Positions 26,679-35,649 of a stretch of DNA of 64,000 nt are shown piece after piece (position 1 is the stretch's first letter; the number at the start of each line of letters is the position of its first letter). This DNA is from an uncultured Candidatus Saccharibacteria bacterium (GTDB lineage: Bacteria; Patescibacteriota; Saccharimonadia; Saccharimonadales; Saccharimonadaceae): contig CAUVQR010000002.1 in NCBI GenBank assembly GCA_963554165.1, positions 124,145 through 188,144 on the forward strand, in the 5' to 3' direction. The notes beneath the pieces are model-generated. The model did no database searches and was not told the DNA's origin. It saw only the letters and a list, made by a program, of their open reading frames with translations. A program made the position numbers and the translations under genes.

Positions 26679-26894
26679 ATGGGACTTACCGATGATATCA
26701 AAGCCAAAGCCGATGACGCACAAGCTAAGGTCAAAGCAGCAGCCAGTGACGCAAAAGACAAAGCTGAAGAAGTAGCCGAGAAGGCCAAAGATGCTGCGCA
26801 AAACGCCGTCGATACTGTAAAAGACAAGGCAAACGACATCGAGAACAAAGCTCACGAAACCAAGGGCTACGTAAAAGGCAAGATGGATAAATAA
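26679..26894 (+). CDS. small hydrophilic K/D/A-rich protein (CsbD/LEA-like stress-protein type)
   Basis: 71 aa of amphipathic repeats (DDAQAKVKAAASDAKDKAEEVAEKAKDAAQ...). SD GGAGGA, with its own terminator. Confidence 0.5.
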   Translation: MGLTDDIKAKADDAQAKVKAAASDAKDKAEEVAEKAKDAAQNAVDTVKDKANDIENKAHETKGYVKGKMDK

Positions 26895-26917
26895 CTCTTC
26901 GTCTCTTGATAGCTACG

Positions 26918-26949
26918 AGAGCTGCTCTGCACATTGGAGCAGCTCTTTT
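26918..26949 (+). terminator. intrinsic terminator
   Basis: AGAGCTGCTC-9 nt-GAGCAGCTCT followed by TTTTG. Confidence 0.75.
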
Positions 26950-27015
26950 GGTGCGAACACGCATTTGCGAGGCAGCACTATACATGGTACGATGAGAAAA
27001 ATATAAGGAGAAATT

Positions 27016-27588
27016 ATGCCCATCCATAACCCTGCCGACTATCCCGCCATCATCGCGCGCCTCAAAGCCAAGCTAGCCGAAAAGGGTGTCGTGATGGGTC
27101 CAACGCTCAGCGAAGCAGACATCACTGCCTTTGAGACCGCCTGCAACACGCGCCTGCCCGAGGCCTATCGACTCTTCCTGCAGCAGGTAGGCGATGGTTG
27201 CCAAGATATTCGGCAGCCCAGTGGCATCTCTATCTATGGTCTCAAACGACTGGCCGATACCGAGGTAAAGGACCTCTCGCGCAGTGTGACGATCGACGAG
27301 TACTGGCTCTGGGAGGAAGAAGAGGATGAGGCATTGCTCACGAACAAAGCATTTGAGGAGCGGCTGGGTAACGAAGGTGTGCTGCTCCTCGACCAAGGCT
27401 GTGGTGATACCTACCAGCTTATCACCTCTGGCAAATGGGCTGGCGAAGTGTGGAACTTCTGCGACGTAGGGGCTGGCCCATGCTGCGAGCGTCAGGACTT
27501 CCTTGGCTGGCTGGAGCTGTGGGTCGATAGTGACTTTGACGCAGACTTCTTCAAGGATTATGTCTATCCAGGTGATACTGCACAGTAA
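27016..27588 (+). CDS. SMI1/KNR4 (SUKH-1) family protein
   Basis: Typical N-terminus LSEADITAFETACNTRLPEAYRLFLQQVGDG and a C-terminal aromatic/acidic region. Confidence 0.7.
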   Translation: MPIHNPADYPAIIARLKAKLAEKGVVMGPTLSEADITAFETACNTRLPEAYRLFLQQVGDGCQDIRQPSGISIYGLKRLADTEVKDLSRSVTIDEYWLWEEEEDEALLTNKAFEERLGNEGVLLLDQGCGDTYQLITSGKWAGEVWNFCDVGAGPCCERQDFLGWLELWVDSDFDADFFKDYVYPGDTAQ

Positions 27589-27658
27589 TACCCCATGCCC
27601 CATAGCACGTGTCTGCGAGGGGTATTAGCTACCGCCAGGCCATGCTACACTAAGGAGT

Positions 27659-28399
27659 ATGACGAAACCATTTGTACTACTGCAGTCGCGCCCTGAGGAC
27701 GAGGCGTCGGATAACGAATATCAGGCACTCTTGCACTTTGGTGGCCTTGCACCAACTGACCTCGAGCGAGTGCGCATCGAGGCAGGGCAGCGCCCCGCGC
27801 AGTCGCTTGCTGCCTATAGTGGTGTGCTGATGGGTGGTGGTCCGGCCAACTTTGCCTACGCTCCGGCCGAGAAGCCTGCCGAGCAGCGCGAGTTCGAAGC
27901 TGTGATGATGCCACTGCTGCGCGAGATTATTACCCATGATATGCCATTTCTTGGTGCCTGCCTGGGGGTTGGCGCGCTGGTGTCGGCGCTGGGTGGTACG
28001 CCGAGCTTTGCGTATGGTGAGGCAATTGGTGCTGTGCCAATCACCCTCACGCCAGCAGCTAGGGATGACCCACTCCTCGCTAGCTTACCCACTACCTTCG
28101 ACGGCTTCGTTGGGCACAAAGAAGGGGTGCTTGAGCCACCAGCTGCCTGTACTGTCTTAGCGCGCTCGCGCAGATGCGTGCAGATGCTGCGAGTGGGGCG
28201 CAATGTGTATGCTACGCAGTTTCATCCCGAGCTCGACCCGGAGAGCCTTGCCTTGCGCATTGATATCTATCGTCACGCTGGCTACTGTGCTCCAGACGAA
28301 GCCGATACCCTCATCGCCAATGCCCGCCAGCAAACCGTCACCGAACCAGTCAAGATTCTGCGCCAGTTTGTGCAGCGGTATCGGCAGGAAGAGCTCTAG
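27659..28399 (+). CDS. class I glutamine amidotransferase (GATase1-like)
   Basis: Nucleophile elbow PFLGACLGVGAL and the downstream ATQFHPE histidine/glutamate motif. Confidence 0.85.
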   Translation: MTKPFVLLQSRPEDEASDNEYQALLHFGGLAPTDLERVRIEAGQRPAQSLAAYSGVLMGGGPANFAYAPAEKPAEQREFEAVMMPLLREIITHDMPFLGACLGVGALVSALGGTPSFAYGEAIGAVPITLTPAARDDPLLASLPTTFDGFVGHKEGVLEPPAACTVLARSRRCVQMLRVGRNVYATQFHPELDPESLALRIDIYRHAGYCAPDEADTLIANARQQTVTEPVKILRQFVQRYRQEEL

Positions 28400-28817
28400 A
28401 CTCAGTTTTATCTATATCCCGCTTGTGACACTTCCATCAGGCTGCTGGTGATCGACATTTGCGCGGCTGCATACATCATTGCTGAGAGCTGGATGAAAGC
28501 TAGCTAAGTAATGCAATGTACCAGATGAAACAGCAGGGAAGAGGTTAGTGCAGACACAAAGGATTGTAATGTGCTAAAGAGCGCGTCCTGATTGTCCATT
28601 CTTGTGCATAATATACCCCTTAGTCTACATAGGCAATAGGCTATAGTGCATAACTTTGAGCAATAGTTGTAGCTAGATACTAGCTGTATCTAGCTTGAGT
28701 GTAATCCTATTAAATCCAGATATAAACCCATATAGGGTATGGCCTATAGGGTATTGGTAAAAACAGAGGTAGCATGACTTGCAAATTATCAATATATCAT
28801 ATATGATAAGGAGCATT

Positions 28818-29366
28818 ATGAAATTATTTGAAAAAAATCCAATTCCGAATCACGTACAGATTCATACTGATTCTGTTATTCCACCATCGATCAAGCGCTA
28901 CGACGGTGCACATACTGCACCAGTTAGCCTAGCAACTGACATACGTCTAGAAGGTGAGGGGCCCGAGCAGTACCTAGTGGTGGATACCGTCCATACAACG
29001 CAGGGCAGTTATATGGATTTTGTCGATCGGCGCATTGTGCCAACATGTGATTTTGCGGCTACTGCGTTGCCCGGTATGACAAGTGAGTTGTGTGGCTGGA
29101 TGGGCGAAGGCGAAGATGATGGAGTGGTAAATGTCCTCGCACTTATTCGGCCGGATGATGCTACAGAGAGAGGTGTAGCCAACGAGCGGCACAACCCAGG
29201 GGTAATGTACGCACGGCGCATTGGTCAGCTCGCTGCCTGGGCGATGGCGCAGCACTTACTCCTTGGCGAGCAGGCTAAGGCAGATATGACCTTTGATACG
29301 AAGACACTGCAAAAAACCATGAACAAGCACAGTAAGCGTGGTGATGTAGCAATACTCCTGCCGTAA
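28818..29366 (+). CDS. hypothetical protein
   Basis: ATG 28818 lies 5 nt after TAAGGAG. AT-rich upstream region with repeats. No domain recognised. Confidence 0.55.
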   Translation: MKLFEKNPIPNHVQIHTDSVIPPSIKRYDGAHTAPVSLATDIRLEGEGPEQYLVVDTVHTTQGSYMDFVDRRIVPTCDFAATALPGMTSELCGWMGEGEDDGVVNVLALIRPDDATERGVANERHNPGVMYARRIGQLAAWAMAQHLLLGEQAKADMTFDTKTLQKTMNKHSKRGDVAILLP

Positions 29367-29407
29367 GCTCATACCTCACACGCTATATACAAGCCTGTGG
29401 AAACATA

Positions 29408-29444
29408 AGAAGCTCGGTCGTTTATACGAGCTTCTTTGCTTTTG
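29408..29444 (+). terminator. intrinsic terminator
   Basis: AGAAGCTCG-10 nt-CGAGCTTCT followed by TTGCTTTTGG. Confidence 0.7.
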
Positions 29445-29563
29445 GCAGTGGCTGAAGCATCGCTCCTCGTGGAGAGATCAAACTATCGTGCTTAGCTACT
29501 ATTGATTGAGAAAATGACCTTCGCATAGATACCCCATCACCCACCAAGAGGGTAGGGCTACCC

Positions 29564-29938
29564 CTATACAGCAGCATGACACACTGCCTCGATGTTATGC
29601 CCGTTCAGGTCGATGAGGAAGGCACCATAATAGTCTGGATGATAGATCGCCCGCACGCCTGGTGCGCCATTGTCCTGTGCTCCTGCTGCTAGGCCAGCTG
29701 CATAGAATGCATCAACCGCTGCCCGCGACGGTGCAGCAAAAGCAAAGTGTAGCGGCGATGATGGCTCGCCTTGCCCGAGCCAAAATATCCCAGTATGCTG
29801 CGTCCGGTCTGGATTACTAAAGCCCACGCCATATGATTCGTCAATTGTCTTGGCATAGCCCAGGGGTGCCAATACCGCCTCATAAAAGGCTTTGCTTGCT
29901 TCAATATCTTTAACGATAATGCCGAAATGATCAATCAT
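29564..29938 (-). CDS. VOC/glyoxalase-family protein
   Basis: MIDHFGIIVKDIEASKAFYEAVLAPLGY...HFAF...GH.IE. AGGAGG SD before ATG 29938. Confidence 0.85.
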   Translation of the reverse strand: MIDHFGIIVKDIEASKAFYEAVLAPLGYAKTIDESYGVGFSNPDRTQHTGIFWLGQGEPSSPLHFAFAAPSRAAVDAFYAAGLAAGAQDNGAPGVRAIYHPDYYGAFLIDLNGHNIEAVCHAAV

Positions 29939-30047
29939 GAGGTACCTCCTTGTGATATACCGATTAGTGTATTGTCTCTTAAGTATATACCACAAATGAT
30001 GACAGCAGTGTGTCAGTATTGATTGATGTTTTGTGTGTTTTTTGAGC

Positions 30048-30953
30048 TCACCCTGCGCTTCGGCGCTGCGCTACCATCGCGCGGAGCTGCGCTGGCTCAT
30101 CGACGATGACACTGGGCGGGAGATGGCAGATTGCTTCGCAGGCGATTGCGAGCTGCGGCGTATAGAAGGTAGCACGAGCATGGTCAACATCGAGAAATGA
30201 TCCGTCAAGCACCTCCACTACCGCTAGCGCATCGTGCGCAGTATAGCGGAGCTCTACGCGCGTGTAGCCAGCGATTGGTTGGCGCGAGAAGACAACGCTG
30301 CTCGAGTAGTCGTCACTAGTCGAGGCGTCCGGGTAAGGCCTGGGCGAGAAGCTCTCCTCTCGCGGTGAGAGGCGAATGATGCGCCGCAACTTGAAGAGAC
30401 GAAAATCCTGGCGCAGCTGGCAAAACGCCCACACATACCAACTCGCTTGCCGAAACACCAGCTGATGTGGCTCGATCACCCGCTCTGTCTGGCCATCATA
30501 GCCAATGTAGCGCATCTGCATGCAGTATTGCTCCTCGATCGCCTGCTGCAATTGCTCAATCTTGTGCTGAACAGGGTGTTCCGCCGCCCAGGGTGCAAAG
30601 TTGATAGCATACATCGGCATCGCAGACTGGTCATCTTCGGGGAGAAGCTTTGCGTGCAAGGTAGCGATTGATGATTGACGGGCGATGCTCTGGAGGCATG
30701 TCAGTGCACTTGCTAGATGCTGCTTGTCGGTAGTGGAGAGAATTCGCCGATCAAGCGTGTAGTGTGGCATGAGGGCAAGCCCACCATCGCGGCCAGCCCG
30801 AGTGATAATAGGAATACCTGCCTGGTTCAGCGTCTCGATATCGCGCAAAATAGTACGCTTCGACACCTCAAAGCGATCGGCTAGTTCCTGAGCAGTGGCT
30901 TTGTCTCGCTCGCAGAGGAGCGATAGAATGGCGAATAGGCGCTGGAGCTTCAT
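30048..30953 (-). CDS. YafY-type transcriptional regulator (HTH + WYL domain)
   Basis: N-terminal HTH LQRLFAILSLLCERDKATAQELADRFEVSKRTILRDIETL. Central WYL-like ...SWYVWAFC. Confidence 0.85.
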   Translation of the reverse strand: MKLQRLFAILSLLCERDKATAQELADRFEVSKRTILRDIETLNQAGIPIITRAGRDGGLALMPHYTLDRRILSTTDKQHLASALTCLQSIARQSSIATLHAKLLPEDDQSAMPMYAINFAPWAAEHPVQHKIEQLQQAIEEQYCMQMRYIGYDGQTERVIEPHQLVFRQASWYVWAFCQLRQDFRLFKLRRIIRLSPREESFSPRPYPDASTSDDYSSSVVFSRQPIAGYTRVELRYTAHDALAVVEVLDGSFLDVDHARATFYTPQLAIACEAICHLPPSVIVDEPAQLRAMVAQRRSAG

Positions 30954-31526
30954 AAATAACCTTACCAGATAATTCGTATAGCAATTATATACCACTATTG
31001 TAGCAACGTATGGTTCGTCATGACAAAGAAAGATGTTTATGAGAACAGAGTATAAATAGGCTAATGATATATAGATAGTAGGGGTATAGGTATTATTGCA
31101 GGATATACAGTTCCGTGTGCTGTGTGGCTACTCGATAAGATAAGTGGTGACTCGGTATGTAAATTACGTGTCGCGAGGCTTATGAAATGGTTGCTTTGCG
31201 CGATGAGAGTGCTACCTTGTTTTCACTTCCTATCATCATCCGGGGTGAAATACATAGTGGTTTGGATAGTTATAGAGCAGTGTAAAAGCAAAAAATGACT
31301 ACCTAACAGTGGTATAGTGTCGGTAAAAAATCTCCACGACTTTTCCACACGGCCCAAGACACTAGATATGGGCACGCTATATATAGCGTAGGTAATGGCA
31401 GTGCTCTTGATCATAACAGAGGTAGTGATGGTACGCAGTATCAACCTAATAGCTGTGTTTAGTAAGCACTCCACACACCATATGGTATAATTACCTCGAT
31501 AACCCCATAAACAAGGAGATAAGCAG

Positions 31527-31904
31527 ATGAGTAATTTTCCGGTAGTGCGCGTAGAGCGTGTTGATGTGCGGAATGAGAGCGTGTCGAAAATAGATGTATG
31601 GGCACGCATCAAGAATGATTCGGATCGGCAGGTGAAGGTTGTGAGTTGGGAGTATCTAGGGAATATGCGTAACGAGTCGCATACGCTTAACCCGGGGAAC
31701 ACAGTTGATGTGATGCTCTACAGCGGTGCGCCCAAGAACTACCCAGACCAAATGTATATTCGCTACGAAGCCGAGCACGATGGTGGCAGGCATTACTTCT
31801 TGGCACGGCACCAGGCGAAGTTTGATGAGCGCTATGATAATGAAACCAAGTGGTATCGGCCATCAGACTGGATGGAGTTCCAGCGCGTGGATCGCGGTAA
31901 CTAG
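31527..31904 (+). CDS. hypothetical small protein, translationally coupled to rnhA
   Basis: SD AAGGAG. The stop TAG (31902-31904) lies 1 nt before the rnhA ATG. No domain recognised. Confidence 0.55.
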   Translation: MSNFPVVRVERVDVRNESVSKIDVWARIKNDSDRQVKVVSWEYLGNMRNESHTLNPGNTVDVMLYSGAPKNYPDQMYIRYEAEHDGGRHYFLARHQAKFDERYDNETKWYRPSDWMEFQRVDRGN

Positions 31905-31905
31905 C

Positions 31906-32346
31906 ATGGTAGCTACTCCGCGCATTTTCTACACTGATGGCAGTGCCAGCCCCAACCCTGGCCCGGGTGGCTATGCCGTCATCGAGCAGGGCAAGCCCGT
32001 GGCGCTGGGCAGCGAGCCAGGCAATACAACGAACATCCGCATGGAGGGGATGGCCCTCATCGCAGCCATGCAGCTAGCTGGGGCTGAGGAATGCGAGATC
32101 CATACCGATAGCGAATTTTGGGTTAATGTCCTCACTAAGTGGGCACCTGGCTGGGCAGCCAAGGGCTGGCGCAAGAGCAGCGGGCCCATCAAGAATCTTG
32201 AGCTCGTGCAAGAAGCCTATGCGCTTTATACTACCGTGCAGCCGAAGCTCATCTGGGTACGCGGCCACAACGGCCATGAGCAAAATGAGCTGGCCGACCA
32301 ATGGGCTAACCGAGCACGAGCCGGGGAGCGGCTAGAGGAAAAATAA
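31906..32346 (+). CDS. rnhA: ribonuclease HI
   Basis: IFYTDGSASPNPGPGGYAV...E..A...A......I.TDS......W...GH.G...NE.AD signature (DEDD residues in place). Confidence 0.9.
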   Translation: MVATPRIFYTDGSASPNPGPGGYAVIEQGKPVALGSEPGNTTNIRMEGMALIAAMQLAGAEECEIHTDSEFWVNVLTKWAPGWAAKGWRKSSGPIKNLELVQEAYALYTTVQPKLIWVRGHNGHEQNELADQWANRARAGERLEEK

Positions 32347-32352
32347 GTACCT

Positions 32353-32379
32353 AAAAACCGGTCATAGCGACCGTTTTTT
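32353..32379. terminator. weak bidirectional hairpin between convergent genes
   Basis: CGGTC-ATAGC-GACCG flanked by an A-run upstream and a T-run downstream. Confidence 0.4.
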
Positions 32380-32433
32380 AGTTATGGAGGATCTGGCTAC
32401 GGGGTGTTTGCTATGTATAAAAGAATGTATATC

Positions 32434-33327
32434 CTACATATCAGGTTCAAGCTCGTTGAACAGCCTTGGATCGTAGCCAAGCAGCTGAATAGCTCGTTCT
32501 TCCTCTAACTTAGAGCTGGCTGCTGCTTGAGCGGTAGCTTGGGCAGCAGCATCTTTCTTGTCGCGTTGTGCTGCATCGACGAGGTAGGTATTTTTGGCAT
32601 AAACGCTAGCCAGTACAGGCTCAAAAGCTCGTGTAATATCGTCGCGAAGTGCGTCACCAACCGACTCGGGCAGCCCGTGATCGTATGATGCGCGCGCATC
32701 CTTCTCAAACGCAGCGATAACATCAGACTTCTCAGGAACAACTTGATCAAGAATAGGTGCAAGCGTCATCGTATTGTCCTCAAGATGATAGAGTGGGTCG
32801 AGCTTCCGGTTCTGTTCAGCAATGAGACTTCTAAGCTCGTAGGTAGTGGCGGTCGCGGCCTGATGTCGATCGTCGATGAGTTGTTTGACGTGCTTTGTTT
32901 GTTGGTGGGCACGCCAACGAGAAAGTGGGCCATAGATCTTAAACTCATCAGCTAGTATATTGCTAGCCATGACAATGTTGGCATGAATACCACTTGCAGC
33001 TACGCCAATACCAAGGCTGACAGCTGCTTCTGTGAGATTACTTTCTGGTATGTCAAAATTATACATGACACCTGCTGCAACACAGAGACCAAGAGCAGCT
33101 GAGCCTAGCGCAAGCTTTCTTCCACTATCAAATGTGCGTTCGGCATATTTCAAGGGGATCTTACCATCTGCCAAATAACTCTTGATGACTGGCAAACTCA
33201 GTTTATCAAGCTCTTCTTGTGGGCAGTCAACCCAGCGTATTTCGGTTTTGTCTAAATATGCAGGGTGCTTTGGCAGACCGGGAGGATTAAAGAGAGGGTG
33301 CTCGTGAGGTATTGATAGTAACGCCAT
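32434..33327 (-). CDS. two-TM hypothetical protein, paralogue A
   Basis: Start ATG 33327 (MALLSIPHEH...). Shares the MALLS start, WxDCPQ, two TM helices and the (R/H)WRAH...(Q/K)LI motif with 34758..35501. Confidence 0.6.
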   Translation of the reverse strand: MALLSIPHEHPLFNPPGLPKHPAYLDKTEIRWVDCPQEELDKLSLPVIKSYLADGKIPLKYAERTFDSGRKLALGSAALGLCVAAGVMYNFDIPESNLTEAAVSLGIGVAASGIHANIVMASNILADEFKIYGPLSRWRAHQQTKHVKQLIDDRHQAATATTYELRSLIAEQNRKLDPLYHLEDNTMTLAPILDQVVPEKSDVIAAFEKDARASYDHGLPESVGDALRDDITRAFEPVLASVYAKNTYLVDAAQRDKKDAAAQATAQAAASSKLEEERAIQLLGYDPRLFNELEPDM

Positions 33328-33465
33328 GATATTCCTTAAGTAAGTGCTTGTAAGTTGATATGAATGTGTATTTATTGTAAGAAGAGGTTGCGGTAGTGTC
33401 AAGATATCTGTTGCAGATATAGCACATGCAGACGCTGCCTTATGCTATACTATTACCAATATCAC

Positions 33466-33568
33466 TAATATCCAGAGTGCGACGAGGGACTGGCCCGATG
33501 ACTCGCCAGCAACCTGCCCAAGAAGCGAGTAAGGTGCTAATTCCAGCCTGTGCGCAGGGAAGATATGA
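33466..33568 (+). promoter_or_regulatory. SAM-I (S-box) riboswitch aptamer
   Basis: ATATCCAGAG..GAGGGACTGGCCCGATGA..GCCAGCAACC...GGTGCTAATTCCAGC...GAAGATAT matches the S-box core. P1 is ATATC/GATAT. It sits directly upstream of metK. Confidence 0.85.
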
Positions 33569-33630
33569 GACGCGTAAGAAGGCAGCTCCTTTCTCGCCTG
33601 GCAGTGCAGGATAAGAGAAGGGAGTTTTTT

Positions 33631-34641
33631 ATGACAGCAACTACTATAGCATCAGCAGAATTCCGCACCGCCGAGAGCGTGAGCCCAGGCCACCCCGACA
33701 AGCTGTGCGACCAAATGAGCGACGCCATCCTTGATGCTTATCTAGCCCGCGACTCACAGGCACGCGTGGCGGTGGAAGTGTGCGGCGGCCATGGCATGGT
33801 GTTTGTGACGGGCGAAGTGACGTCGCAAGTGACGGTGGCAGTGGCACCGATTGTGCAGCGTTTGGCGGGGAGTGAGGTAGAGATAATTGAGCATATTGCT
33901 CAGCAGAGCCCAGAGATTGCTCGCGGTGTTGATGATGGCGGGGCAGGCGACCAAGGCGTGATGATCGGCTATGCCTGCAACGAAACGCCTGAGCTGGTCC
34001 CACTCGAAACAGTGCTGGCGCGACGGTTGAACCAATTTTTGTATCAACGTTGGCCCTACGATGGCAAAACGCAAGTAACACTGCGTGGTGGGCAGATAAC
34101 GGCAATTGTTGCAAGCTTCCAACACGCACCAAAAGACGAATTAACAGAGGCAGTCAAGGAGTGGCTTCAGCAGCAGACGTATGTGAACACATTTTTTAAG
34201 GATAAGCAATATGATGTGCCAGTGCTACACTGCAACCCAGCAGGGGACTGGCAGATTGGTGGCTTCGCGGCTGATGCTGGCCTGACGGGACGCAAGCTCA
34301 TCGTTGATAATTATGGGCCACGCGTGCCGATCGGTGGCGGGGCCTTTAGTGGTAAGGATGCCACCAAGGTGGACCGCTCGGCGGCGTACATGGCGCGGCG
34401 CATTGCAGTGGATTATCTGCAGCACCACCACGCGCAGGAGGTGCTGGTGCGCCTGGCGTATGCAATTGGCCACGACCAGCCCGTCGAGGCGACTGCCACC
34501 ATCGATGGTGTAGAGCAGTCCATCACAGGCTACGACCTCAGCCCGCATGGCATCATTACTACGCTCCAGCTCGCCCAGCCCATCTACGAACCAACCGCCT
34601 GCTGGGGACACTTTGGCGAGGGGTTTGTGTGGGATCGGTAG
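33631..34641 (+). CDS. metK: S-adenosylmethionine synthetase (compact, 336 aa)
   Basis: ESVSPGHPDKLCDQMSDAILD, GAGDQG.M.GYA, GLTGRK.IVD.YG, GGGAFSGKD.TKVDRSAAY. Start at ATG 33631 after GGGAG. Confidence 0.95.
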   Translation: MTATTIASAEFRTAESVSPGHPDKLCDQMSDAILDAYLARDSQARVAVEVCGGHGMVFVTGEVTSQVTVAVAPIVQRLAGSEVEIIEHIAQQSPEIARGVDDGGAGDQGVMIGYACNETPELVPLETVLARRLNQFLYQRWPYDGKTQVTLRGGQITAIVASFQHAPKDELTEAVKEWLQQQTYVNTFFKDKQYDVPVLHCNPAGDWQIGGFAADAGLTGRKLIVDNYGPRVPIGGGAFSGKDATKVDRSAAYMARRIAVDYLQHHHAQEVLVRLAYAIGHDQPVEATATIDGVEQSITGYDLSPHGIITTLQLAQPIYEPTACWGHFGEGFVWDR

Positions 34642-34757
34642 AATGGCGAGGCTGAGCTCTTACTGGTAGAATGCGAGTATATAAATCTTATGCTATTCTT
34701 TCTACTTCCACTTCGTTGTGCCTTTCTAAAAGATAGTTATATCTTTTAAGCGAGTAG

Positions 34758-35501
34758 CTACCAAACTGTGCTATGAGTAGCATCGTGCTGTTCGTAGCTC
34801 TTGTATACGGCGTCGAGATGAGGAGAGAGTGTTTCGTGCACGTCGTGCCGTAGCGCGCTATAGCCCGATGGGTCACGCAGCGCATCGCTCATTTCATACT
34901 GGGCAAGGAGGGCAGACTGATCTGGCATAACGCGATCTACGACTTGCGCCAGTGCAGCTGTGTCGAATGGGTTGATTAGTACGGATGAGTCTTGCTCGCT
35001 ATTACGCTCGTTTATCATATGTTGCAAGTCTCGCACTGCGCTGGTGACAGGCTGGTATTGCTCACCGATGAGCTTGCGCAGCTGCCGTGTCTTCCGGTGG
35101 GCGCGCCAATGAGCAAATGGGCTATAATGCCCATGGTCGGCCAACATAGCTCGGCCGTAAACAGCAGCAGGAGTGCCAATCAGTGATGTAGCAGACCCAA
35201 TCGTAAAGCCTGTTGCCAGTTCTTGCATTGGTGTGCCGTCAAATCCATACGCGTAGGTTACCGCAGCCATTGCACATGCACCGAGCGTAGCAATGCTTAG
35301 GCCAGCTTCTGCGTATTCTTCAGGCAGCGTCACATCTCGTTCGCCAAACCGTGGTGGCACCTTGTGATTATGAGTGCGAGTGTAGGCGATGGCAGCGTCT
35401 GGATCGACAGCGTCGAGCATGGGCTGCGGGCAATCGGCCCACACATGTACTCCATCATTTATATCCTCGGGGGCGTAGTTGTATCGAGATAGCAGTGCCA
35501 T
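34758..35501 (-). CDS. two-TM hypothetical protein, paralogue B
   Basis: MALLSRYNY...VWADCPQ...two TM helices...HWRAHRKTRQLRKLI. Collinear with 32434..33327. Confidence 0.6.
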   Translation of the reverse strand: MALLSRYNYAPEDINDGVHVWADCPQPMLDAVDPDAAIAYTRTHNHKVPPRFGERDVTLPEEYAEAGLSIATLGACAMAAVTYAYGFDGTPMQELATGFTIGSATSLIGTPAAVYGRAMLADHGHYSPFAHWRAHRKTRQLRKLIGEQYQPVTSAVRDLQHMINERNSEQDSSVLINPFDTAALAQVVDRVMPDQSALLAQYEMSDALRDPSGYSALRHDVHETLSPHLDAVYKSYEQHDATHSTVW

Positions 35502-35649
35502 ATGTCTCTCCTCTCGCTTAAATAAGTAATGTATCTATGGTAGAAGGGTGTTGCTGCTATGTCAATGTTGTGGATTTGTGAGTGAAGTAGGTGTGAACGG
35601 GTTTGTATGATTGCATTTTTTGTCCTGTTATGCTTTACTATAACAATCT

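Noticed and set aside
31223-31702. 159-aa minus-strand ORF in the WYL-regulator / 31527 intergenic region
   Set aside because: It is AT-rich and overlaps the promoter, the SD and the start of the plus-strand gene. It has no SD or motif and is likely spurious.
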